Shown here piece after piece: positions 48,867 to 58,079 of a stretch of DNA of 64,000 nt. Under the pieces are notes generated by a model. The model worked only from the letters and a program-made list of their open reading frames with translations. It was not told the DNA's origin and made no database searches. Every line of letters starts with the position of its first letter. Position 1 is the first letter of the stretch. Source of the stretch: Candidatus Abyssobacteria bacterium SURF_17 (GTDB lineage Bacteria > Abyssobacteria > SURF-5); assembly GCA_003598055.1 (NCBI GenBank), contig QZKI01000095.1:11194-75193 (forward strand), read 5' to 3'. A program made the position numbers and the translations under genes.

Positions 48867-49043
48867 ATGCAACATTTCAAGATGGTTTGTCCGAAACAGA
48901 TAAGACTCTTTCATTGGCCCGTCATATCTGCCGGAAGAGAGAATCCGCCTCTTCTCGGCCTGCTTCTCCTGCTGCTTCGCGGGCAGCGCCCGCGAACTCT
49001 TGACCCGACATATCTTGTACCCGACCATTCAAACAAAATCTAA
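48867..49043 (+). CDS. Putative leucine-rich leader peptide of leuA (58 aa)
   Basis: Hand translation MQHFKMVCPKQIRLFHWPVISAGRENPPLLGLLLLLLRGQRPRTLDPTYLVPDHSNKI*; 8 Leu in 9 codons at 48951-48977. Confidence 0.6.
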   Translation: MQHFKMVCPKQIRLFHWPVISAGRENPPLLGLLLLLLRGQRPRTLDPTYLVPDHSNKI

Positions 49044-49099
49044 GCCTCACTTTTTTCTAAAGAACAAGCGTAATTTATGGAAGAAACGAGGGCAGAACC

Positions 49100-50617
49100 A
49101 TGGCTGAACAAGTGTATATCTTCGATACTACACTCCGGGACGGTGAGCAATCTCCCGGCGCAAGCATGACAACGGATGAAAAGATACGTATGGCGCTCCA
49201 GCTTGAACGGCTTGGGGTGGACGTGATAGAGGCCGGTTTTCCGATTGCCTCCCCCGGCGAATTCGAGTCGGTCCAGAAAATCGCGAGCAGCTTGAAGAAT
49301 GTGACCGTTGCGGGTCTCGCGCGCGCGAACAAGGCCGACATTGACGCTGCATGGAACGCTATCAAGGTCGCCGCGCATCCGCGCCTCCATATTTTCATCG
49401 CAACTTCCGACATCCATCTCAAGTACAAGCTGAAGAGAACGCGCGAGCAAGTGCTCGAGGACGCCGTCGGCGCGGTCAAGCATGCGCTGCAATTCACCGG
49501 CGATGTCGAATTTTCGGCCGAAGACGCCACACGCAGCGATATCGATTACCTCTGTCAGATTGTGAAGGCCGTGATCGAGGCTGGGGCGTCAGTAGTCAAT
49601 TTGCCCGACACGGTCGGCTATTCGATTCCCGCCGAGATCGGTGCGCTGTTCCGAAAAATTCGCGAAAACGTCCCGAACATTGACCGCGTGATTCTGAGCA
49701 CGCATTGCCATAATGACCTCGGAATGGCGGTCGCAAACAGCCTCGCCGCCGTCCGGTTCGGCGCGCGACAGGTCGAGTGCACGGTCAACGGCATCGGCGA
49801 GCGCGCGGGCAATGCTTCTCTTGAAGAAATAGTAATGGCGATCCGCACACGCGAAGACCAGCTTCCCTTCCACACAAACATAAGCAGCCGCGAAATATAC
49901 AAGACCTCGAAGCTGCTCGGCACACTCACCGGCCTTGCCATTCCGCGCAACAAGCCCATTGTAGGGAAAAATGCCTTCGCACACGAATCAGGTGTGCATC
50001 AGGACGGCGTCATCAAGTCGGCGCTCACCTATGAAATAATGACACCGGATTCGGTCGGCGTGCCCCAGAGTTCCATCGTGCTCGGCAAACACTCGGGCAA
50101 GCATGGTCTGCGGGCTCGCTGCGAAGCCATCGGTTTTAAACTCGGGGAAGACGAGCTTAAGGAGGTCTATAACAAGTTCATCGACCTTGCCGACAAGAAA
50201 AAAGAGGTCACCGACGAGGACCTCGTCGCGATCGTCGAGGATGTGCTCGACCTGGTCGAACAGGTGTACCAACTCGAATACCTCCAGACAACGAGCGGAA
50301 GCAACACAAAGGCGACGGCAACCGTCCAACTCAAATCCAACAGTAATTCGGTGCTCGATTCCAACGTCGGCGACGGGCCCGTGGACGCCACATACAAGAC
50401 CATCGAGCGGATTACGGGGATTACCGGCCGCCTTCTCGAGTACTCCATCAATGCCGTCACAATCGGCAAGGACGCGATGGGCGAGGCGTTCGTAAAGGTT
50501 AGATTCCAGGACGACACCGTTGCGGGACATGGCTTAAGCACCGACGTCATCGAGGCGAGCGCAAAGGCGTACTTGAACGCGCTCAACAAATGGCTGTCGC
50601 TGGGGAAAAGGAAATAG
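49100..50617 (+). CDS. leuA: 2-isopropylmalate synthase
   Basis: FDTTLRDGEQ, HCHNDLG, GIGERAGN, HESGVHQDG and C-terminal regulatory GDGPVDA motifs. Confidence 0.96.
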   Translation: MAEQVYIFDTTLRDGEQSPGASMTTDEKIRMALQLERLGVDVIEAGFPIASPGEFESVQKIASSLKNVTVAGLARANKADIDAAWNAIKVAAHPRLHIFIATSDIHLKYKLKRTREQVLEDAVGAVKHALQFTGDVEFSAEDATRSDIDYLCQIVKAVIEAGASVVNLPDTVGYSIPAEIGALFRKIRENVPNIDRVILSTHCHNDLGMAVANSLAAVRFGARQVECTVNGIGERAGNASLEEIVMAIRTREDQLPFHTNISSREIYKTSKLLGTLTGLAIPRNKPIVGKNAFAHESGVHQDGVIKSALTYEIMTPDSVGVPQSSIVLGKHSGKHGLRARCEAIGFKLGEDELKEVYNKFIDLADKKKEVTDEDLVAIVEDVLDLVEQVYQLEYLQTTSGSNTKATATVQLKSNSNSVLDSNVGDGPVDATYKTIERITGITGRLLEYSINAVTIGKDAMGEAFVKVRFQDDTVAGHGLSTDVIEASAKAYLNALNKWLSLGKRK

Positions 50618-50630
50618 GAACGGCCAAGGT

Positions 50631-50718
50631 ATTTTCGATTTTCGATTTTGGATTGAAAAAGAACCTGTTTGCGGCTTGTAGTGACAACCTCGGACTGTGA
50701 ACCGTGAACGCCGAAACA
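50631..50718. repeat. Heptamer tandem repeats
   Basis: ATTTTCG ATTTTCG ATTTTGG ATT; ACTGTGA ACCGTGA ACGCCGA. Confidence 0.55.
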
Positions 50719-50777
50719 CTGTTTTTCTCATCCCCGTTTCGCCGGTTGCCCAAGCACTCTTCGATAAGGAGGCCGCT

Positions 50778-51560
50778 ATGCCGTATGAGACGATTGTTGT
50801 GAATCAGGCCGACCGTGTTGCAACTGTCACGTTCAATCGGCCGCCGATGAACCCCATCAGCAATAAAATGATTGAGGAGTTTAGTAGAGCCCTCGATGCA
50901 ATTGAACAGGACCCCGAAGTCCGTGCGCTCATACTTACCGGCGCAGGAGAAAAAGCCTTTTGCGCCGGCGCCGACGTGACGGAATTCGGGCAGGCATTCG
51001 GCGAAGGAAGCGTCAAGGACCTTGTCATGACGCGCCACCGCCTGTTCACACGCCTCGAACGTTTTCCCAAGCCGGTGATCGCGGCCATCAACGGCTATGC
51101 GCTCGGCGGGGGATGCGAGCTTGCGATGTCATGTCATCTCCGCCTCATGGCCGACACCGCCACCATTGGCCAGCCGGAAATCAACCTTGGCATCATCCCG
51201 GGTTACGGCGGCACTCAGCGGCTTCCTCGGCTTGTAGGCCGAACACGCGCGTATGAGATGCTTTTCCTCGGCGACCGGATTTCCGCCGAACGTGCCCTCG
51301 ATATTGGTCTCATCAACAAGGTGTGCCCTGCCGCTTCACTCATGGATGAGGCGAGACAGCTCGCCCTGCGGCTTGCAAAACAGGCTCCTGTCGCAGTCAA
51401 GCTCATTATCGACTCAGTCAATCGCGGCCTCGAAGTGCCTGTCGAACAGGGCCTCGAGATAGAGGCCGAGAACATGGCAGCCGTCTCGGCAACCGAAGAC
51501 GCGATGGAGGGCGTGATGGCATTCATGCAGAAACGCCCGCCGGACTTCAAGGGGCGATAG
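50778..51560 (+). CDS. Enoyl-CoA hydratase/isomerase (crotonase-like)
   Basis: AFCAGAD, GYALGGGCE and PEINLGIIPGYGGTQRL motifs; AAGGAGG RBS. Confidence 0.94.
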   Translation: MPYETIVVNQADRVATVTFNRPPMNPISNKMIEEFSRALDAIEQDPEVRALILTGAGEKAFCAGADVTEFGQAFGEGSVKDLVMTRHRLFTRLERFPKPVIAAINGYALGGGCELAMSCHLRLMADTATIGQPEINLGIIPGYGGTQRLPRLVGRTRAYEMLFLGDRISAERALDIGLINKVCPAASLMDEARQLALRLAKQAPVAVKLIIDSVNRGLEVPVEQGLEIEAENMAAVSATEDAMEGVMAFMQKRPPDFKGR

Positions 51561-51812
51561 CGGTCTCCGCAACTTCCGCTCGAGCAGCAGGTTCAATAAG
51601 ACGATTTCCTCTCTCTGCCTGGCGTCGTCCAAGGAACCCTGCATTATTCTTATCTCCGCATGGTTACCTTACAAACCCATTGCTCTAACTCAAACATGCC
51701 TTGGATTGATTATCTACACGGTTTTGCGATTTTCTCTGAGCGCATTCTTCAGCGAATCCACAGTTAATGGAGGATATTTCTCTTCAGCCACGGCACCCAG
51801 AGAGATGCTTTT

Positions 51813-51841
51813 TTGACAAGCACGAAAGGTATTGGTATCAT
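51813..51841 (+). promoter_or_regulatory. Sigma70 promoter of the oxidoreductase/SCP2 cluster
   Basis: TTGACA-N17-TATCAT. Confidence 0.7.
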
Positions 51842-51854
51842 GTACCCAAAATAA

Positions 51855-51874
51855 ATGAGTGAGCAGTCATTCAT
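51855..51874. promoter_or_regulatory. Palindromic operator, TetR/FadR-type
   Basis: ATGAGTGAGCAGTCATTCAT just downstream of the -10 box. Confidence 0.6.
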
Positions 51875-52013
51875 ATAAGCTCCGGCTCCTATCTGTAATA
51901 ACTCTAACAGCGATATTCCTTATGATGCACGCTTCAACCCGCAGAAGGCATCGCTCCACACCGAACGCATACTCTTCCATACGTGATTTTGAATAACAGG
52001 GAGGAAGGCATAC

Positions 52014-53606
52014 ATGGCTGACGCAACCTTCGATGCCGTCATCATAGGCGCCGGCCACAATGGCTTGGCGCTTGGATGTTATCTTGCCAAATCCGGCTGG
52101 AGCGTCGGGATATTCGAGAAGCGCCACGAAGAGGGCGGCGGCCTTTGCACTGAGGAACTGACGCGCCCGGGCTTCTTGCACAACGTACATTCCAACTACC
52201 ACACGCTTGTGGGAGTGTCTCCGGTGTATGACGACCTGAACCTGTTCGCGCACGGCTTGAAGTACGTGCATCCGCCGGTCCAGATGGGGAGCGTATTCAG
52301 CGACGGCACAGCGCTGACTATTCATAAGGACATGAGCAAGACGTACGCAGCGATGGCGCGTTTCTCACAGAAGGACGCCGACACATGGATGCGTCTCTAT
52401 GAAGAGGTGAAGGGATTCCTTGACTTGCTGGTTGGAACTCTCATGTTTGCGCCGCCGATCAACCTGAACGAAATCACGAACGCGCTCACCGTATGGGGGG
52501 TCGAAGACAAATCCGAATTCTTGCGGGCGCGCCTGCGCAGCATGACTATTAATGACTTCCTGAATCAGCATTTCGAGAACGAGAAAATCAAGACGATGCT
52601 GGCGTTCCATGCCGCCGTGTGCGCTTACAGCAACGACGTGCGCGGCCTCGCGATCTCGTTTCCGCTCCTTGCGGGAAAGATCGACAACTGGCAATGCTGC
52701 ATTGGAGGCTCGCACAAACTCGCTCACGCGTTGTGGTGGACGCTTCTTGCCGATGGCGGCGTTGTGTATCCGGCCTCGCCCGTCGTCAAGATACTCACGA
52801 AGAATGAACGTGCCGTTGGAGTCAAGCTGCAGGATGGCACGGAGGTCGAGGCTCGCAAGCTTGTTGCAAGCAATGTGGATGTCGAGCAGACCTTCCTCAG
52901 ATTCCTCGACGGCGACATACGCAACAAGCTTTTTGTTGACAATGTGAAAGACTGCAAGCATAAGGATTGGACGCTGTTCAGCGTTCACCTCGCCATGAAT
53001 GAGCCGCCGCAGTATCTTGCCGCCGATTTCGACCCTGATATCAATCAGGCGTGGGTGATGAATGCCGGCTACGAGACGCTCGCGGATTTGAATGACGATT
53101 TCACGCGGATTCGCAGGGGAGAGCTTGTTGACCCGAAGCTCAACTGCGCCGTCAACTCGCTTTTCGACCCGACTGATGCGCCTCCGGGGAAATACACCGG
53201 CCTTTTGAGGCAGTTCGCTCCGTTTCAGTTGAACGGCAGCGAAGATGAATGGGATAGGGTGAAGGTTGAATACTCCGAGCGCTGTATCAGGAAGTGGCGG
53301 GAATATGCCCCCAATCTGGATGAGGATGCCATTATCGCATACGCCCCGTACACGCCGAAGGAGATTTCCGACAGGCTCGTGAACATGGTTCGCGGCGACT
53401 GGATGCTCGGCGACATTTCGCCGGATAATCTGCTCTCGGAGCGGCCGTTCCGCGCGCTGTCGCAGTACAGGACGCCTGTGAAAGCACTGTACATGTGCGG
53501 TTCGACACAGCATCCACACGGATACATAACGTTCGCGCCGGCCTATAATGCACTTCAGGTAATTGCCGATGACTATGGCATTGATAAGTGGTGGAAGCGA
53601 GTGTAA
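52014..53606 (+). CDS. Phytoene dehydrogenase family (COG1233) FAD oxidoreductase
   Basis: IGAGHNGL, GGGLCTEE..PGFLHN, DPTDAPPGK and YRTPVKALYMCG motifs. Confidence 0.9.
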   Translation: MADATFDAVIIGAGHNGLALGCYLAKSGWSVGIFEKRHEEGGGLCTEELTRPGFLHNVHSNYHTLVGVSPVYDDLNLFAHGLKYVHPPVQMGSVFSDGTALTIHKDMSKTYAAMARFSQKDADTWMRLYEEVKGFLDLLVGTLMFAPPINLNEITNALTVWGVEDKSEFLRARLRSMTINDFLNQHFENEKIKTMLAFHAAVCAYSNDVRGLAISFPLLAGKIDNWQCCIGGSHKLAHALWWTLLADGGVVYPASPVVKILTKNERAVGVKLQDGTEVEARKLVASNVDVEQTFLRFLDGDIRNKLFVDNVKDCKHKDWTLFSVHLAMNEPPQYLAADFDPDINQAWVMNAGYETLADLNDDFTRIRRGELVDPKLNCAVNSLFDPTDAPPGKYTGLLRQFAPFQLNGSEDEWDRVKVEYSERCIRKWREYAPNLDEDAIIAYAPYTPKEISDRLVNMVRGDWMLGDISPDNLLSERPFRALSQYRTPVKALYMCGSTQHPHGYITFAPAYNALQVIADDYGIDKWWKRV

Positions 53607-53612
53607 CGGCTG

Positions 53613-54119
53613 ATGCATGCTGAGGAAGTCAGAGTAAATATTATGGGCGCCGGTGAGCCGAGCGGCCTCGCAATGATGCTGGCTCAGTATTTCGAGCAGA
53701 ACATCCGAGATTTCCCGCGGAAGAATGAACAGGCATCGAGGATACGAGGCGCCCTAGCCATCCGCGCTCTCGAGGGTGATGTGAACGTGACGCTCCGGTT
53801 CAAGAACGGCGAGATCGAGATTCTCGATGGTCGGGCAGATGATGCGAAGGTGCTCATCTGCGGGGGAATCTTTTCGCTTACGGAGCTTGCGACGGGTGGG
53901 GCGAGCGCTCTCAGAAAATTTGCGACTGGCGAGTTGAAGACTCACTCCGCATGGAAGCACCCGCTTCTTATGTTCCGTGTTGGGAGGTTTATGAGCCTGC
54001 CGGCTGAGATGAGAGCGCCGGGTGAGGGCAAGGCGCGCACGCGGCGATGGAAAGTTATTGTCAGGGCGGTGGCAGCGGCCGTCAGTCTGGGGCTGTCAGT
54101 ATACTTTCTCTCGAGGTAG
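53613..54119 (+). CDS. SCP2 sterol/lipid-binding-like protein with C-terminal TM helix
   Basis: VTLRFKNGEIEI...DAKVLI...FATGELK pattern; hydrophobic C-terminus. Confidence 0.6.
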   Translation: MHAEEVRVNIMGAGEPSGLAMMLAQYFEQNIRDFPRKNEQASRIRGALAIRALEGDVNVTLRFKNGEIEILDGRADDAKVLICGGIFSLTELATGGASALRKFATGELKTHSAWKHPLLMFRVGRFMSLPAEMRAPGEGKARTRRWKVIVRAVAAAVSLGLSVYFLSR

Positions 54120-54212
54120 GCAAGAAAGATGAAAAAATTCTTTGCGTCACTCCTGAGAGACCGGCACGATACTGAGAGGACTTTCATAATAGGGTAGGGA
54201 GGAGCGCCCCTA

Positions 54213-55829
54213 ATGGAATCATACGACGCGATTGTCATAGGCGGCGGACACAATGGCCTGACACTGGCCGCGTATTTGCAGCGAGCCGGCATGCAGACTC
54301 TCCTGCTCGAGAGGCGCCACGAATGGGGCAGCGGCCTCAGCACAGAGGAGGCCACGCTTCCGGGCTTTCTCCATAACCTGCACGCCCAATACATGGAATT
54401 CATCGATTACATGCCGTTCTACCATGATTTCGGCCTGGAGCGGCTTGGCGCGAAGATGATCTATCCCGTGAATCAGTGTGGCATAACCTTCGCCGATGGC
54501 AGGCCGCCTATCATTGTCCATAATCCGGAACATCTCGAGCTCACGTACAAGAGCATCGCACAGTACTCGAAGCACGACGCGGAAGTCTTCTGCGAATTGA
54601 AACGAAAGACGATGGAAGTTGACCACCTCTTCTGTCTGCTCTACTGGAACCCACCCATACCACCCGAGGGCGACAGCCTGCGCAGCGGCGACGACCTCGT
54701 CATTGCCCTGCTCAAGCACCTCGGCCTCGGCAAAGAGATTCTGAGCAAATCCGTAAAGGTTGTGGTCGATGAGACGTTCGAGACGCCCGAATTGCGGATG
54801 ATGCTTTATAGACAATCCATGGAGTGGGGAATACCGCCGGAATGGGCGGCGACTGGATTTGGATTCATCGCGTCGATTTGCTGGCTCATCGGTATCTGGA
54901 AGATGTGTGTCGGCGGCACTCACACGCTCAGTCACGCTATGGAGAGCGCGTGCAGGCGCGAGGGCGTTGCCATGCGTGAGAACTCGCATGTCAAACGTAT
55001 CGTCGTTAAAGGCGGGCGCGCGGTGGGGGTCGAGCTGGCCGATGGAACGAGGTACGAAGCCCGGAAGCTGGTCGCGAGCAACGCCGACCTCAAACAAACC
55101 ATGTTCGAGCTCGCCGGCAAGGAAAACCTCAGCGAGCAATGGGTCCGGCGGGTGAACAATTTCCGAATAGGCCCCGACCACTGCCTCGGGACAACTACGT
55201 TTGCGTTGAAGGAAGCGCCCGATTACAAGTCCGCCAAATGGGACCCGAACATCAACAAGACTTTCTACACGATAGTCGGCTACGAGACACCGGAAGACAT
55301 GATCACCTATATACGCCAGGCGACACAAGGCAAGGTCCCGGAAAGACCCGGCTCCGGAACGTGGGTGAACTCGCTGTGGGACCCAACACAGGCGCCGCCC
55401 GGCAAGCACGCGATGACGGGTTGGTTCTTCTTCCCGAAGGCCAGCGAGCTGACGCCGCCGGAATGGGACGAAGTGCGCTCGACCTACAACGAGAAGTTTC
55501 GCCGGCTCTGGCAGCAGTACGCCCCCAACATGACTCGGGACAATGTGCTCGCGGATGCGCTGTACACACCACTCGACATGGAGCAGAAAGTCCTGATGCG
55601 TGAAGGCTGCTTCTCGAACGGCTCCATAGCCCCGGATCAGGCGGGCTGGATGAGGCCATTCCCCGAGGCTTCGCAATATCGTACCGAGATCGAGGGGCTC
55701 TACCTTTGTGGGCCCTACATGCATCCGTCCGGCGGCGTATTTGCAGCATGCGGATACAACGCATTCAAGAACATCGCCGCAGATTACGGTCTTCCCAGAT
55801 TGTGGGAAGATACTCAACGAGGATACTGA
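54213..55829 (+). CDS. Second phytoene dehydrogenase family FAD oxidoreductase (paralog of 52014-53606)
   Basis: IGGGHNGL, GSGLSTEE..PGFLHN, DPTQAPPGKH and YRTEIEGLYLCG motifs. Confidence 0.9.
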   Translation: MESYDAIVIGGGHNGLTLAAYLQRAGMQTLLLERRHEWGSGLSTEEATLPGFLHNLHAQYMEFIDYMPFYHDFGLERLGAKMIYPVNQCGITFADGRPPIIVHNPEHLELTYKSIAQYSKHDAEVFCELKRKTMEVDHLFCLLYWNPPIPPEGDSLRSGDDLVIALLKHLGLGKEILSKSVKVVVDETFETPELRMMLYRQSMEWGIPPEWAATGFGFIASICWLIGIWKMCVGGTHTLSHAMESACRREGVAMRENSHVKRIVVKGGRAVGVELADGTRYEARKLVASNADLKQTMFELAGKENLSEQWVRRVNNFRIGPDHCLGTTTFALKEAPDYKSAKWDPNINKTFYTIVGYETPEDMITYIRQATQGKVPERPGSGTWVNSLWDPTQAPPGKHAMTGWFFFPKASELTPPEWDEVRSTYNEKFRRLWQQYAPNMTRDNVLADALYTPLDMEQKVLMREGCFSNGSIAPDQAGWMRPFPEASQYRTEIEGLYLCGPYMHPSGGVFAACGYNAFKNIAADYGLPRLWEDTQRGY

Positions 55830-55883
55830 AAGGTCTGTCGTTTGTCGATTGAGGCTCTACCGTAAACGAAGCGAGGGTCTGAA

Positions 55884-56330
55884 ATGGCAGAAATCTACTC
55901 GATGGAATGGTACGAAAAACTCAGGAACCTCGTCAACAGCCGAGATGATATCTCCGCTCGCGCTCCTCAAGGGCAATGGAGAATATGTGTCGAAGTGATG
56001 GGTGATGAGAAATCGCCATACATACCGAAGGGACAAGCCAAATACTTCTTTGTGTTGTTTGACAAAGGGAAGTGCCAACGCTACGAAGAGTTGCGCCATA
56101 CGTTGGACGGCAAAGACCTCGACTTTCGCTTCACCGGACCGGCGAGCGTGTTCGAGGAAGTGGCCGCAGGGCGGAGAGACTTCATCGAGGCTGGCTTGCG
56201 AGGTGCAATCAAGATACGCGGTGACATGCGCATCTTCATGCAGAATGCAGAACTTGTGAAAATCATGGCCGACCTCTATTCGCAGCAAGTCGAGACCGCT
56301 TGGCCGAAAGGGATGCCCCCGTATAATTGA
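55884..56330 (+). CDS. SCP2 sterol-binding domain protein
   Basis: DFRFTG..VFEEVAAG..DFIEA..GAIKIRGDM pattern. Confidence 0.78.
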   Translation: MAEIYSMEWYEKLRNLVNSRDDISARAPQGQWRICVEVMGDEKSPYIPKGQAKYFFVLFDKGKCQRYEELRHTLDGKDLDFRFTGPASVFEEVAAGRRDFIEAGLRGAIKIRGDMRIFMQNAELVKIMADLYSQQVETAWPKGMPPYN

Positions 56331-56537
56331 GTTGCGCGTGCATAGGGCAACTGCGACCCGCCAGTGCCATATCCCCATCCATCAATTCCCCCTATGATTC
56401 GCTTGAATGCCCGCTGTGAACCGGAATGTCCTCGGCAATAACAATCCGTCGCATACTCCGCTTTTTCGGCACAGACGTCGGGTCTTAAGATATAATGTCT
56501 CAGCCTAAAGCCACCACATTGCCGGCTCACATGCTTT

Positions 56538-57548
56538 ATGGATATCACGGAAGGACTGCAGGAATACTTAAGACGCAAGCTGCCAGATGCTCAGTGCTTG
56601 GAGGTTAAGAACCTGTGCCGCCAAGCTTACGGAGCATCGCGCGAGACATTCACATTTGATGTTCACTGGAACGAACGCGGCGAGCAAAAGGAAATGGGAT
56701 TGGTGCTTCGCCGCGACCCGCCTACTGGACTGCTCGACCACATCACACGTGAGACCGAGTTCCGAATCCTGAGAAGTCTTGAAGGTTGCGGTGTCCCGGC
56801 TCCGAAAGCGCTTTGGTGCGAAAACAATCCTGACGTCCTCGAGCGCCCATTCATCATTATGGAGCGAAAGGACGGATTCGTGACACCGGCGTTTCAGTTG
56901 GTTGGCGGCTCGAATGAGGAGTTTCGGCAGTTGATTGCAGGAGATTTCGTGTCTATCCTCGTGCGTATCCACAACCTCGACTGGCAAAGCTGTGGTTTCG
57001 ATTTTCTTGGAGTGCCGGCAGGAGGGCCGTTCGATTATGCGAGGGCCTCGATTGTAAAATGGGAGAAAATTCTGCAGGAAGTCTCACTCGAACCCGATTT
57101 GATTCTTACCGAGGCACTTCTTTGGCTGAAGGCAAATATGCCGCCATGCGAAGAAATCTGCCTCGTTCATGGCGACTACAAGAGCGACAACATCATGTAC
57201 AATGACAAAGGAATCGTTGCAGTTTTTGATTGGGAGATGGCCTCTCTCGGCGACCCTCACGACGACCTCGGCTGGGTGTGCATGCAGTATTACGCCGTGG
57301 ACGGCCTGCTCAACGGAATGCTAGACCGCGAATGGTTCCTACATCGGTACGAGGAAACGTCAGGCCGCAGGGTAAACCTGTCTGCAGTCAAATTCTGGCA
57401 AGTCTTCTCAAACCTAAAGATGGCCGCCATCACCCTCACAGGGCTGCATCGGTACGTATCCGGGGCGTCGCAGAAGAATGTCCTGGCCGTCCTGCCCCTG
57501 CTTATGGCCAAATTGCATCGTGACATAATCGAATTGCTGGAATTCTGA
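56538..57548 (+). CDS. APH family phosphotransferase (ACAD10/11 kinase-like)
   Basis: GASRET, LVLRRDP, PFIIME, VHGDYKSDNI and DWEMASLGDP motifs. Confidence 0.9.
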   Translation: MDITEGLQEYLRRKLPDAQCLEVKNLCRQAYGASRETFTFDVHWNERGEQKEMGLVLRRDPPTGLLDHITRETEFRILRSLEGCGVPAPKALWCENNPDVLERPFIIMERKDGFVTPAFQLVGGSNEEFRQLIAGDFVSILVRIHNLDWQSCGFDFLGVPAGGPFDYARASIVKWEKILQEVSLEPDLILTEALLWLKANMPPCEEICLVHGDYKSDNIMYNDKGIVAVFDWEMASLGDPHDDLGWVCMQYYAVDGLLNGMLDREWFLHRYEETSGRRVNLSAVKFWQVFSNLKMAAITLTGLHRYVSGASQKNVLAVLPLLMAKLHRDIIELLEF

Positions 57549-58052
57549 ATGGAGGTGGAAATGCGTCCCACGATTGCTGAGCTCATCGCCGGAATCACCC
57601 GCACCCTCAATACTACGGCGCTGCCTATTGTCCTTAACTCGGGAGACACGGAAGCCTTTCTCGAACTTATGATAACCGCGCGGCTGCTTGCATTCGTCGA
57701 AAGCAGATGGGATAAGGAATACGAACGCCTCATTCGGGAAAACACGGCCATGGAAGGTCTCTTGAAGGAGGCGGCTGACGCTCTGCAGCAAATAAATTAT
57801 CCTGATGGCGTCAACCTGGTCGGAAATATCGAGGAGTATCACTTCGATATTCAGGCGATTCCCTCAATCTCGGAGCTGCACGAGCACAATGTAGAAAGGA
57901 AGAAGAAATTGCAGAGGTTTATTCTCATACACACTAGCCTGAAAGAGCGCCAGACACCGGAGCTGTGCGCTGTGCGCGCCAAGATACGGGATTTCTTGAA
58001 GGATCTCAACAATCGCGACCTCGAGGCAGCTCAACTCATTCTTGCCGGTTGA
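57549..58052 (+). CDS. Hypothetical helical protein, partner of the kinase
   Basis: Abuts the kinase stop; RPTIAELI N-terminus; mostly amphipathic helices. Confidence 0.7.
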   Translation: MEVEMRPTIAELIAGITRTLNTTALPIVLNSGDTEAFLELMITARLLAFVESRWDKEYERLIRENTAMEGLLKEAADALQQINYPDGVNLVGNIEEYHFDIQAIPSISELHEHNVERKKKLQRFILIHTSLKERQTPELCAVRAKIRDFLKDLNNRDLEAAQLILAG

Positions 58053-58079
58053 ACCGTATGGACCGGGAAAGGACTCGCA

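Noticed and set aside
54219-55817. 532-aa antisense ORF (also 52365-53618, 417 aa)
   Set aside because: Shadows of GC-rich sense genes that have clear motifs; no recognisable domains of their own.
52014-55829. Carotenoid biosynthesis (crtI) assignment
   Set aside because: No phytoene synthase or cyclase in the window, and the context is catabolic.
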